A stretch of DNA of 64,000 bases from Octopus sinensis (lineage: Eukaryota), in NCBI RefSeq assembly GCF_006345805.1, contig NC_042999.1:132184001-132248000 (forward strand), written 5' to 3'. Under the pieces are notes generated by a model, which was not told where the DNA came from, did no database searches, and was given only the letters and a program-made list of their open reading frames with translations. Both the position numbers and the translations under genes were made by a program. Below, one piece after another: positions 38,660-51,497 of this stretch (its first letter is position 1; each line of letters opens with the position of its first letter).

Positions 38660-39039
38660 GGATCTTTGAACGGCAGTTTTTTAAACACTTTTAAACTTCG
38701 TATACTGGTAGAATGTGTTTATAAAACATCTTTTTCTCTTGGCTTTATTGAGAAAATTCTATAGTTTATAAGATATTTGTTGTTTTGTTTTCTTCAATTT
38801 CTGCAATTTCAACCAATCAATGACGTCTATTTGAGGTGAAAACATTCTGTGCCGTATGAATATGTCCCTCGTTTAAGAAACAGATTGGGTTTATTTACAT
38901 TTCTGAAGAAAAAAGATACCCTTCGTCCCACCCCTAACCCTAACCAACCCTAAAACAGATCGATACTAGGGCCATAATTATGGGTGACAATTTCATATGA
39001 CACCGCTAGAAAAAACTGCCGTTCAAACCGAAAAGATCC
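38660..39039 (+). mobile_element. MITE monomer with GGATC...GATCC ends and perfect 8-bp TSD
   Basis: TSD cttttgta at 38652-38659 and 39040-39047; internal inverted ttgaacggcag / ctgccgttcaa; (CCCTAA)-like stretch. Confidence 0.9.
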
Positions 39040-39749
39040 CTTTTGTATTTTAAAAACAAATTATATTTTAATTACACTTAAATGATAGAGCTCAATTCGA
39101 GGAATTTCATGGCATCAATCTCTTTCAATGAAGTTTTAAAAGAAAAAAGTTATGTGTTTGTTTCTCAAATTTGAGGGTGATAATATAGTTCTATACTTTT
39201 TTTATGAATATAATTCTATAAGGGGACTTTTAATATATGTCACCGGCATCATTAAGGTAAGGAAAAAAATTATCAACGACACCGCTAATTGACTCATTTG
39301 ACTCATTATAAATTAGGATAATAGCATAACCTGGAAAAAATATGGATTACATGGAAAAATGCAAGGAAAAGAAATAATATTCTTAAGATTATAAACCTGA
39401 AAAATTATAGGACAAGCTATTACACTTCGAAAAGTTCAGGACAACTTATTACATCTGGTAAAGTACAGAACAAGAAAAGTTTTACTTAGCGACATTTCGT
39501 CCGTCTTAAAGCTCTGAGTTCAAATTCCGCCGAGATCGACTTTGCCTTCCGTTCTTTCGAAGTCAATAAAATATGTAACATTTGAACACTGGGGATGGGG
39601 AGGTGTAAACGACTACTCCCCCTCCCCCTAAATTTCAGGTTTTGTGCGTATAGTAGAAAGGAATATTGGGCCAAGGCCCAAGAATAATAAAAATGCGCTT
39701 GAATCATACAATGAAAAAGACAACCAAATACCCATCACTACCAAAAAAA

Positions 39750-40556
39750 AAAAAAAAGGCATCGGAGGGGCGATGCATACCCAGTGCACAGATAAATTTT
39801 TTTCGCAAATTATACTGTGGCTTACAATGCATTGCTTGCCCATACTTTTTAACTGAACTGAATTAAGCTTTGTAAATGTTTGACTAAAAGAGGATTAGAA
39901 GCCTAAAAAGTAGACTTGATCGATGTCTACGACAAACGCATATTAATAAAATAAATGATTATTCAAATAATAATCATGACTACGAAAAAGAAATTGAACG
40001 AAGTAAAATTCTTATAAAAAGATATTGCATAGTATTTGAAAAGTGTTTTCAACGTCTTTCACTGATCGCAAGCGAATCAAACCTACTGTAGTTCGTAGTC
40101 GGATATAAACAATGTGACCGCTTGCGTATCAAGAAAATTGTAAGGTTTTTTTTTGTTTTTTTAAGTAGAGCCGTTATAGGTATTTATGCTCCGGTGAAAT
40201 TAAGAAATCAACTCATAAATAAATGAAATCCTCGATTCCATCAACTGTACACACAGAATCGCATAGCTATGTATGTAGGTACCCACACGTGTCTACGTGC
40301 ATAGGTACACCATGAGCTATACATTCGCAGACGTAGGTCGCATCAAATGATATGTATATGATAGATCGCTAGCCACTACATATTCTTTATTTTCTCTCCT
40401 TGTCTCTTTCTGTGTTCCTTTCTGTGGGAGAGCGTAGGTTCGAAACGTTAAAGACTTTTTCACTTCCCGAGCATTAAACTAATATATCTGTTTGTTGTCT
40501 ACACCACTTGGAGTCGTCTTTTGTTTTTTGTTGGGTTCTTTAACTCTCCCTCCCCC

Positions 40557-40602
<46 letters not shown>

Positions 40603-41394
40603 TAGCAGTATCGCCCGGCATTGCTCGGGTTTGTAAGGGAAATAACTATATAAGCATTTTTAGAGATGTAAAGTATAATAGCGATCTCAATATGGCTAAC
40701 CACAAAGGGGGGGGTGTTACTGTAGCTTTTTACGTTCTGAGATTTAATAATAAATTTTTAGAGAGTTACTTCCCTTATATATGCCAAAAATGCATTAAAA
40801 ATGGGAAAAATTGATGGTAATTTTTTTTTTAAATCGTAGACTCATCGTAGACGCGCGGTAATACCCAGAAGGGCTCGATATGAATCACGACTATAAGATA
40901 CCCGGTTTTGGTTAAACTGCACCGCAAAATGTGGGAGTAGTTAGGAATCTAAATCGTAGGAGACAGACAGCACACAACCCCACTTATATATATAAAGATA
41001 TATATATATATTTTGTGTACTGGTCCGTCATGGTAAGATCGACAAAAAAGCACTTTATCTGGTAAGAGATAAATAGTATTTGATAGACATAATGCATGTT
41101 TTCATGTGTTAGTAATAGATTCTTGTGCTGAGGACATGCCAAAACGATGCATACCCAGCGTGCACATAAATTCTTTCGCAAAATCTGCAGTCAAAACATT
41201 CTGATTCGCCCGTCCGCCAGTTTAGAAGATAACCAAACTAAATTTTCATTATTTTGAGCCACTGATCCAATAGTATTTCGGCCAAATTTGGTGAAAATCT
41301 GTTCTTCCGTTTTCCAGTAATTTTGCAAACACACAGACAAACAGACAAAGACAAGTGACTACAATACCCTGTTTTCGCTTACGCACGCAGGGTA
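39750..41394 (+). mobile_element. DINE-1/HINE-like non-autonomous rolling-circle element with nested insertions
   Basis: Three blocks colinear with 60838-61329; (CAGA)-like stretch and 3' hairpin TACCCTG...CAGGGTA (41365-41394). Confidence 0.6.
40601..40999 (+). mobile_element. Lep1/Helitron-like non-autonomous element
   Basis: Starts actagcagtatcgcccggcattgctcggg, ends gacagacag...ttatatatataaagat; inverted copy at 45289-45924. Confidence 0.7.
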
Positions 41395-41749
41395 AAAACT
41401 ACTTACCAGATGAAATTACCACATCTGCACTCAACTCCAACAGTAAAAATATGTGACTGCTCTAATTGCAGAATTTGTGACAATCTTATTGAGGACATAT
41501 ACAGATGGAGAGAAAGAAGAAAAAAGAAGCATAGTAGTTCATAGTTCAACTTTCGGATGTTGTAGGAACAAGATCATAAGTCCTTAGATGCAATCCTGCG
41601 TAGGTCCTTATGGGTTAAAATCCTGATATAGTAAACATTCAGGCAAAAAATACTCGAACATTTCAACGTTCAATAACAGAATGGTAGCAGAAGTAGTTAT
41701 TAAGTGGTAAGAAAAGAAAATAAATAGAGAGAGAAGCAGATAACAAAAT

Positions 41750-42976
41750 TTACATTAGAAAAAACTAGAAAACACTTACATAAATTCTTCGCCAACTTTA
41801 ACCTGTCTATCTCTTTACAGGACAACAAATTTTGTAGATGTTACTTTAGATTTAAACTCTTCACTATACTTCCCATATCATAAACCCACTCAATACCTTA
41901 AATACATCAACACAGAATCTAATCACCATAACTCTACTTTCGGGAGCATAATCAAAGGCATATCCATCAGAATATCCGATCTATACGCCAATGAGGAAAT
42001 CTTCAATAACTACGCCAGTTACTATAACCAAGCTCTAGCTGCTAGTGGTTTCTCACAAAAGATTAGATTTATACCCAACACTAGACTTAAGGAACACCTC
42101 TCGAAACTTAGCTCTGGACAAACGCGCACAAATATTGGAGATCCAAACCTTCCTACTACAATCAGACAATCTCGCCCACCTAGTACCCGCACGCACGACA
42201 CTCGATCTAAGAACACTAATACTAACACTATACCTTCCAACTCTCCTCTAACATCCACTAGGAATTGCGCCTCCCCTAACGTGCCTAATAAAAGCGGCGG
42301 GAGATCTATTCTCTGGTATACACCTCCATTCGCTTTAAACGTTAAAAGCCTCACTAAAGCATTCTTTAAAGTAGTAGAATCCAATTTCCCACGTAACCGT
42401 AAGTACCATTCTATCTTTTAACAGACACACTTTGAAATTATCTTATTCATCTACACTAAATGTAGAATCTATTATCACTTCATCTAATAAACGTAAACTT
42501 AGCTCTTACTATCTAGATACATACAACCCTACCATAGACCTACACAATGAAAACACTAACACCGATTGCAATAACATATCTAATGCCCCAGGCCCGACCA
42601 CTTTAAACAACTTAAACATACATGATATAATTTCCACCTCTGAGGGTAATGGGCACACAGCTGAAACCGATGCAAACACTAATAGGCACACTGATACTAA
42701 CAATACTAATTATATTATAACCACTACAACTAATAATACATATACTTCAGCTACTAATAGGAATAGCAATAATATTAATACTAACACCAACGGCAATATT
42801 ACCATTACTGAAAATAGTTTTATTACCTACATTCCTACCACAAATGCAGCTATTAATAGCCGCAATAATAACATCACTAATACCACCTCCTCTACCACCA
42901 CTAATACTAACACTACTGTTGCCGCCGCCGCCGCCGCTACTGCTGCTGCTGCTACTACTACTACTACTACTACTAC

Positions 42977-43023
<47 letters not shown>

Positions 43024-43760
43024 TAATAATAATAATATTAATAATAATAATAGTAGTAGTAGTAGTAGTAGTAGTAATAATGATGATGATGATGCTACTG
43101 CTGCTGCTGCTGCTGATGATGATAATTACAACAGCGACGCCGATAACAATAATGACGATAATAACAATAGTGGTAAAACTGTCGTTGATATCGATACTAG
43201 AAATGACAACAATAAAAACAGTAATATCACGATCCATTCACCTAATACCACCGTAGCCACTACTAGCACTACCTCATCTCTCTCTCTCTCTCCATTTAAC
43301 CATCATAGGACGGATTGCTGCAACTTCAGATCTGGATCAGATTTCCCGCTGCAAGCCTAATACAGAAGATTCAACGTCGTATACCAATGCACCGTTCACA
43401 ACATAGTAAATAACTCCTGTAGCTACTATATTGGATCAAGCACAAATTTTAAACAAAGATATTATGCACATTTAAACTCGTTTAAATATAAAGAGAATAG
43501 CAATTTCACATCACTAGCCAGCCACGTACACCATCTAATTAATAGAAAAATACACTATAAACTTTCCTGGGCTACAATAGACTCGGGTATCCCATATCAG
43601 GGCCAACACTCCAGTTGTGGACTCTACTTAAAAGAAACCCTCAAAATTTTAACCCACAACTCACCATAATTGCATAATAAATACAACGAGACCTTCACTA
43701 CGTCTAAGCACAAATTCTTCCACACTTTTAAATTCTTACTTAAATCTACCCCCACGAATA
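41750..43760 (+). mobile_element. Decayed Penelope-like element: RT C-terminus, expanded low-complexity linker, GIY-YIG endonuclease
   Basis: FVDVTLDLN..YFPYHKP...YINTESNH, ILWYTPPF, KLSYSSTLNVESII; YYIGSSTNFKQRYYAHLNSF (YIG at 43427-43435) ...WATID..IPYQG..SSCGLYLKETLKIL. Confidence 0.9.
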
Positions 43761-44379
43761 GCACCCGCATACAAAACCCTATGATCATTAACACATACCC
43801 CTCTGTATCTCTTCTATATCTCTTATTATAAAAGGCAGATTTTATCTTCCTCCCTTTGGGAGTTATACAAATCTACAATATAGGATTTCTTCAATTACAA
43901 TTTACCTAGCAGTTTTAAGAGTACAATGCATCGCGTCATGCCAGGTCCAGTTTTTAAAATTTAAACTCCAATTAAGCAAAATTTACAGAAAACTCACATT
44001 CTGGTGTGTGTGTCAAATGCTTTTCTTAGTCTGGTTTACACCACACGCAAACGCACACACACAGTGTGCTACGAATAAAGTGAAACTAATTCAGTGTGTT
44101 GACAGGTAGACAATAGAATGCGATGACGACTATGACGCTGATAGATACATGAGTAAAATGTATGGGAAGCTAACACATAAGAGTGAGTGAAAATGTTCTT
44201 GGAAGAGAGTAAATAGCCAGAGAGTAATAAAGTAAACATACACTCATACATACATACATACATACATACATACATACATACATACATACACACACATACA
44301 CACACACATACATACATACACACACACATACATACATACACACATACATACATACATACATATACATACATACATACAT

Positions 44380-44410
<31 letters not shown>

Positions 44411-44679
44411 TACACACACACACAGTATTGAAGCTTGAGAACAATCAGATACATCTGCAACACATCTGTTGAAAATATTATTGTTCATACATATACATAT
44501 ATACATACAGAGAGACAGACAGATAGACACACACACACACACACACACATGATCCAGCATGGCCACAACCTCAAGGCTGAAACGTATAAAACAATAACAG
44601 AATATAAATGTGTGCATGTGTGTGAGAGAGAGAGTGTGTGTGTATATGTATGTATGTATGTATGTATGTATATATATAT

Positions 44680-45262
44680 AATAATGCGGTTTTTTCAACA
44701 GCTTGAACTAAATGTCAGAGGGAAATGGGATAAACTACTTATATTAACTTGCTATAAAAGCAGGTAGTAATTTTATCTTGTCCTTATTCATAGTGCAAGT
44801 TTTGAAGAGTGCATTTCGATTTTAACAGCTATTTTTTTCAAAGCTATATTGGAAGTAACAAAGGAGCATATTTGGCATATTTTGCTTTATGAGTTCAATA
44901 AAGACAACAACGCAACGGAAAGTACAAGAAATATTAATGCAGTATATGGGGATTGGACAATAAGCGTAAGGCAGTGTCAATGGTGGTTCCAGAAAATCCG
45001 AGCCATAAACTACAGCCTAGAAGACGAGCCTCATCCTGAAAGATCTGTAGAACTCGACAAGGACATCCTGAAAACCCTGGTGGAACAAAATCTCATCGTA
45101 ACTGTTGAGGAACTAGCAGAGAAGCTTGGATTTGGTCATTCAACCATTCATTGAGACCTGTGTGCTATCGGAAAAGTCAGCAAATTGGGTCAATGGGTTC
45201 CTCACGAACTTTCCGAGTCTAATTGCATGCAGAGAGTGAATGTATGCTTTTCTTTGCTGTCA
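44680..45262 (+). mobile_element. Mariner transposase 5' fragment
   Basis: ORF 44849-45154 N-terminal HTH (HILLYEF...NINAVYG...QCQWWFQK) followed by GQWVPHEL. Confidence 0.9.
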
Positions 45263-45288
45263 CATATCACCACTACTGCGCTATGTAT

Positions 45289-45924
45289 ATCTATACATAT
45301 AAAACTGTAGTTGTGTGAGTGTCTGTCCCCTTCGATTTAGATTCCTCACTACTCCCACATTTTGCGGTGCAGTTTAACCAAATTCGGGTAGCTTATAGTC
45401 GTGATTCATATCGAGCCCGTCTGACTATTAGCGCGCGTCAACGATGAGTCTACGATTTTTAAAATAATTTAACATCATTTTTTATTCTATTTTAATGCAT
45501 AATTTTTCGTGTGTCGATGGCGGCGGAGTTGGCGTCCACGCTCACACCTGCACCTGTGGGGAAGGGAGTGTAAGGAAATCAACGTCGTAATGCGTTGTCA
45601 AGGAGACCAGCGTTCTTTTAGAACGACCTCATGGCTTGAAGACACCAAAACAGAAATGGCTAAGAAAGCGTCTACATGAGTCTACGATTTAAAAAAAAAA
45701 TTACCATCGTTTTTTTCCCATTTTAATGCATTTTTTCGCTATTATATAAGGGAAGTAACTCTCTAAAAATGTCTACGATGAGTCAACGATTTAAAAAAAA
45801 ATTTACCATCATATTTTTTCCATTTTTAATGTATTTTTTGCTATTTTTTGGCTATAACTCTCTAAAAATGCTTATATAGTTATTTCCCTTACAAACCCGA
45901 GCAACGCCGGGCGATACTGCTAGT
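45289..45924 (-). mobile_element. Lep1/Helitron-like element, longer copy with internal duplications
   Basis: Reverse complement of 40601-40999; the gagtctacgattt...aaaaa...accatc block recurs three times. Confidence 0.7.
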
Positions 45925-45989
45925 CTCCTATATATCTATATCTCTCATTTCTACTTTATATCTTACATCTCTTCTGTCTACTTTATCTC

Positions 45990-47870
45990 ATGACTTTATG
46001 AGATAAAAAAACTAAGCCTCACCCGATCAAAATGATCGACTGGGAGGAAGTCTTATCTAACCCCGATATGTCCAAACAATTTACTATTGAGGTCTATAAC
46101 ACATTTCAATCTCTGTCTACTTCTGAAATAGATGCTGAGAACATTGAGGAAGTATACAGCAGCCTCATCAAATCAACAGAGGAAGTTGCACTGGCTACTC
46201 TTCCCAAAAGGAAGAGTAGGGGCCAGAGCAAACCTTCTAATTCCCCAAATGTCATCGAAGCCAGAAACCATCTAAAGTCTATATCACTAGCTTACCACCG
46301 TTCTCCATCCCAGTCACTGAAGATCCAACTCATAGCTGCTAGGAAGAATCTTGATGAGGCTTACTTGAACGCCGAGGTCGAATTTATCAATGGCAAAATT
46401 AGTAAACTATCGAAAGAGCACATTAGTAAAAAACACCATCTCGCCTGGAAATCCATCAAAGACCTATCAGGCAAAAATTCTGGGTCATCAATTAGAATTA
46501 AAGGGGGATCAGCTAAGAAGCGTTTAGAAAATTGGTCAACCCATTTTAAAAACCTCCTTGGGAAGAATGCCAAAATCCCTGATAACCCCACTCTTCCAAG
46601 TGTGCCTATATCAGACACGCTGGACATCAACACCTCCCCTTTTACCATATTTGAACTAACAGCAGCTACCCAGCAACTAAAAGCTTCGAAAGCATTTGGT
46701 CCCGACAACATCCCAGCTGTAATTTGGAAGGATGATAGATTTCACACACTTTTGCTCAACCTCTGCAACCACACACTTTCCACCTTTGTCGCTCCAAAGA
46801 TTTGGCACCAATCTCAAATCATTTCAATACCCAAAAAAGGCGATTTGTCCCTCGTCACCAACTACAGGGGCATATCTCTAATGTCAATTGCTGCAAAACT
46901 GTACAACAAACTGATCCTAAATCGTCTTGTCCTTTTTGTTGAACCTTTGCTCCGAAAGAACCAAAATGGATTCAGACATGGGCGCTCAACGCCGAGCCAG
47001 ATACTATGCCTGCGCAGACTTATTGAAGAATCAAAAGCATTTAATCGCGATCTTGCAATGGTATTTGTAGACTTTTCTAAAGCGTTCGATTCTGTAGATA
47101 GGTACAAGATGTTTGAAATCCTTAAGCTCTATGGGATACCAGACAAAATTATTTCTGTCATCAAGGTCCTCTACACAGATACGTCTTCAACCATCTTAAC
47201 CCCTGATGGAGAAACATCATCTTTCTCAATCAAAGCCGGAATACTGCAGGGAGACACACTCGCCCCATTTCTTTTCATCATTGTTGTTGATTATGTGCTA
47301 CGTATGTCAGTTGATACCATCTCTGGCAAGGGCTTTGAAATAAAACCAAGAAGAAGTTCCAGACACCCAGCTGAGTACTTGACAGACACTGACTTTGCTG
47401 ACGACATCGCTCTTATCAGTGATTCTCCAATGCCCAGTCTCTTTTACAATCTCTTGAACAAGCCTCAAATTGTGTAGGTCTTTACCTCAATGAGGCCAAA
47501 ACTGAATACATAAACAAGTGCCTGTCCAACAGTGATTGCATCATCCACACTCTCAACAGTGCGCCTTTAAATATGGTTTCTGATTATAAATATCTTGTGT
47601 CATACATATCATCATCTGGAAAAGACTTTCTAACTAGAAAGGGTATGGCCTGGTCAGCCTGTAATGACATGCATAAGATCTGGTCATCAAATCTAAGTAG
47701 AGAGGCTCGCAATACCAGAGGGCGCACACTCTCCTACCCTGATGTAATCTCCAGGGATACAGGCATCCAGCAACAGGACCTCCGTAATGCTATGATGGAC
47801 CGTGAAGTCTGGCGTAACATAGTAAATTCCATTGTCTCGACCACGGTCGAACAATGATGATGATGATGAG
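45990..47870 (+). mobile_element. 5'-truncated RTE-clade LINE with 481-codon RT reading frame, later frameshift and deletion, (TGA)n tail
   Basis: KAFGPDNIP, NYRGISLMS, KNQNGFR, FVDFSKAFDSV, GILQGDTLAPFLF, DFADDIAL; frameshift near 47425; ends VSTTVEQ-stop then tgatgatgatga. Confidence 0.95.
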
Positions 47871-47887
47871 ATAAATATTAATTATTT

Positions 47888-48221
47888 AATGTGAAGTATA
47901 TTTGCCACTCAAATTTGGCTAAACACTAAGGGTGAATGCTACTGTAGCTTGTAGCCCCAGGAGAACATCTCCTCCAGCTGGCTATTGACACACTTTCTGT
48001 GCCCTATCAGTATTTGCAAAGGGAAGCCATCCTTCCCATCGTCGACCTGACGGGGTACGCACGGACCCAGGTTTCTGAGTATTTACCCGTCGTCGGCGCC
48101 CGACAATCACAGAAAGTGTGACAATAGCCAGCTGGAGAAGATGTTCTCCTGGGGCTACAAGCTACAGTAGCATCAACCCTTATTGGTTAGCCACATTTAA
48201 GTGGCAAATATACTTCACATT
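47888..48221. mobile_element. Foldback/MITE with about 110-bp inverted arms
   Basis: aatgtgaagtatatttgccact...ctggctattgacacactttctgtg is inverted against cacagaaagtgtgacaatagccag...agtggcaaatatacttcacatt. Confidence 0.85.
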
Positions 48222-48374
48222 GTCGTGCAGCTACTGTTTATACCTCGTTCAGAGATTTATTATTGCTTATTAATTCTTTAATTTATCCTTAATTTATTTT
48301 AAAACCATAACCCAATAAATTACCTAATATAAATCCCCTAATATCTAACTCTAACTCCCACTCATAAATAATTT

Positions 48375-48790
48375 AAGATTCAAATAAGTTTGCTTGCCTA
48401 CCATATGGTTTCGGGTATAGTTCTACTGCGTGTCTTCTACAAGTCCTGAGTTGACCAAAAGCCTTGTGAGTATATTTGGTAAACGGAAACTGAAAGAAGC
48501 CCGTCGTATACGCATGAGTGCGTGCAGGCGTACGTGTGTGTCTGCATGTGTGTGAATGTGTATGTGTGTATATGTGTGTGTGTCTTTGTCCCCCACCACT
48601 GCTTGACAACCGGTGTTGGTATGCTTATGTCCCCTTGACTTAGCAGTTCGGCATAAGAGAACGTTAGAATATGTTCCCAGCTTTAAAATAGTTATAAGTA
48701 CTGGGGTCGATTCGTTCGATTAAAAATTCTTCAAGGTGATGCTCCAGTATGGTCGCAGTCTAATAATGACTGAACCATGTAAATGATAAA
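48375..48790 (+). mobile_element. Diverged family A SINE
   Basis: Degenerate head, aaacggaaactgaaagaagcccgtcgta, and 3' body gtccccaccactgcttgacaaccgg...cagtctaataatgactg. Confidence 0.8.
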
Positions 48791-48823
48791 TGATACACAC
48801 ACACACACGCATACACATTCACG

Positions 48824-48861
<38 letters not shown>

Positions 48862-49419
48862 CACAATAACACATAGGTATACATGCATTTATATGTAATT
48901 ACTTTTATTTATTCATTAGCTGTATGATTGTCTGTCCATTTTGCTACTGTAATTAATATTCGTATTAATTTTTCACCATTTTCTGCTGTATGTCTAGTCC
49001 AGTAAAACACGTTTGCAAAAAGTGTGTGAATAGCTCTATGGGTATAGCCATGCCCTGTCATCACAAGTAAGACTAACCACCATTACTTTAATTACCGCAA
49101 CCCACAAATTTTCTATAATCTCCTTCCTCCCTTCCACTTTTAGGAATTTAGCACTTCAAAGAAAACCATCAGACTATAATAAACCCTGTCGCCATCTCCT
49201 GTGGCTCATCAGCCAACCAAATAAAGCCACTAGTTCACTGGTGGCTTTATTTGGTTGTCTTGCTTTTCTGCCCCCATAGTCTGAACAGCCCTTGCAGCAT
49301 CATGGAGTGATATGAGCTATAATGATGGTAATCAATATAGAAAAGCAAAAACTCTGAAAATTTCGGCATCTGAATGATTTAGGTTCTGCAAGTCTACCTG
49401 CCTAAGATTGCAGCAACCC

Positions 49420-49900
49420 CGAATAAAAAATAACACAGTGTACAAGGAACACGTCCGAGAAAATAACATTCTTTCGCTGCTCCAGGGACCAATTCTGTAG
49501 GCTTTTACTCCATTCTAAACGCTTTGCAATGTTTGTTTTTGAAAGTAGTGGTTTTCTGATTGCAGCTCCCGGCGAACGGTTTTTGTGGAAACTGGGTTTT
49601 CGAGGTGATCATTAAGCTCTGCAGTAATTTTGGGAGCTCTACTTTTGTGATCCTTTCTAACAATTCGCGTAAGAGTCCGACGGTCCCTATCTGAAAGTTT
49701 TGGTTTTCTTCTGGAGTTTTGTTTCGACGAGGAGGTTTTTCCCTCTTTTTCAAAGGATGTCATTACTTTCGAGACAGTACTTCTTGATACACCAACCATT
49801 TGGGCTGTTTTCATTACCTAGCGCTTGCCATACGAGCACCAACAATTTGACTGCTTTGAAAGTCTGATAGATCTGTCATTTTAATGAATTTTAATTGCCT
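49420..49900 (-). mobile_element. Tc1-type transposase N-terminal fragment
   Basis: ORF 49515-49814 GVSRSTVSKV...RKPKLSDRDRRTLTRIV...VSTKTVRREL. Confidence 0.85.
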
Positions 49901-49929
49901 TTTTCTGATGATATCTGAAAAGAAACCCA

Positions 49930-50700
49930 GGCACCGATGATACCTGGGTATGGGCGACGCTCAAGAATCACCGAGTACCTGCACCCGACCATTTTCAAAA
50001 AAATCTGGCATAACCAGATTCATGGCTGATTGGGTCCACAGAATCAAAACAGTGTGCCGCAGGAATAATTTTCACATTGAGGAGCCTGGCTCCGCTGACA
50101 CCCAGAGCTCGACGGATAGTGTCCTCTATCCACTGGGGTTTAATTCCGGGTGGCAAACCACAGACCCAAGCCCTCATCAATTTTATCCCACAATAAGTGA
50201 GAAAAAGCAAAATTTCTTTACCCTCAAAGGGCTGGCTCGCAAAACTGCGAGCCTCCTCTGGGGTATCAAACAGCAACCACACAGTTGCATATTTGACACC
50301 CCTAGAGATATACTAAATTGTTGGCAGATGTTCCGCCAACTCCTGCTCAATCATCTGCTTGAAGAAGACTGCAATGTTGTCGAGAACCTTCGAATACGTT
50401 CTCAACACCACCGTCCTCTTCTCTTGCATTCTGAGCCACTCCTTTGGTTGGACAATTTCTCACTCTACAATCTTATCCGTATTTTTTTATTGCCATGTTT
50501 TAAATTAAAAATAAAAATGTCCAAAACAATAGTCCACAAGAAAGGAAAGAGAGAATTCAAAAAGGAACAAAATGGAAGAAGAAAAAAAGCAAACATTTCA
50601 ATAAAAAAAAGTCACAATAGAAGAAGAAAACAACAGTTAAAAAAAAAACACAGCAAAAAAATCTTCTGGACATTCAGGTACTCCAAGCCCTATGGTACTC
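49930..50700 (-). mobile_element. L1/Tx1-type ORF1 5' region (RRM-like) with T-rich leader
   Basis: From ATG 50429: KRTVVLRT...(stop at 50315-50313)...WLLFDTPEEARSF...VCGLPPGIKPQWI, resembling RRM-type LINE ORF1. Confidence 0.5.
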
Positions 50701-50721
50701 CGATTAGAACCTGTACTGCTC

Positions 50722-51008
50722 CACTTGAAATACAGCTTTCCAGTTATTGGTAAACGTAGTTGTAAAAATACACACTATTCACAAACAGCGAACAACTTTT
50801 GGTGGCAGGATACGCCACCAAACTATATTTCTCACAATGAGAAAAAAATGTTCACTTCATGTCAACACTTGAAATACAGCTTTCCAATTAATGATAAAAG
50901 TTGTTGTAAAAACATACACTATTAAAAAGTGAACAACTTTTGATTGAAGGATATGCCCCCAAACTGTACTTCTCACAATGAGAAAAAAAATTTTTCACTT
51001 AACGTGAA
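50722..51008. repeat. Two-copy 144-bp tandem duplication
   Basis: cacttgaaatacagctttcca at 50722 and 50866; ttctcacaatgagaaaaaaa in both units. Confidence 0.9.
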
Positions 51009-51466
51009 CAATATTGCTGAACCGCAAGTAGACCAACATCCTGAATCCAGTGAGGACTCCTTGTTTGTAAAAAATTTAACCACTGACAACAACCCCCACT
51101 GGACCCAAGAAACAAAAGTCTTACATTGCAGCAACTTCTTTTTGGCAGGCTAAACACTGCTGGCTATCTTCTTCGGTGCACAACACAATGACGCATGCGT
51201 ACACTGACAAGAAAGACTCATGGAAAGTCTTAAAGACCCATGGGTTGGTAAGCAAGCTACTTACCACACAGCCACTCCTGCGCCTGATAATTTGTGTGAG
51301 TGGGTATGTATACATTTATATGTATGTATATATATGTGTGTGTGTGTATACAACTACTGCGTTGATCTCAGAGATTTTAGAACTACATATATATATATAT
51401 ATACATATGTATGTATGTATGCATACACACACACACACACATACATATATATGTATATATATATAC

Positions 51467-51497
<31 letters not shown>

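Noticed and set aside
49950-50753. 267-aa + strand ORF
   Set aside because: It is antisense to the LINE ORF1-like region, and its K-rich end comes from an A-rich tract.
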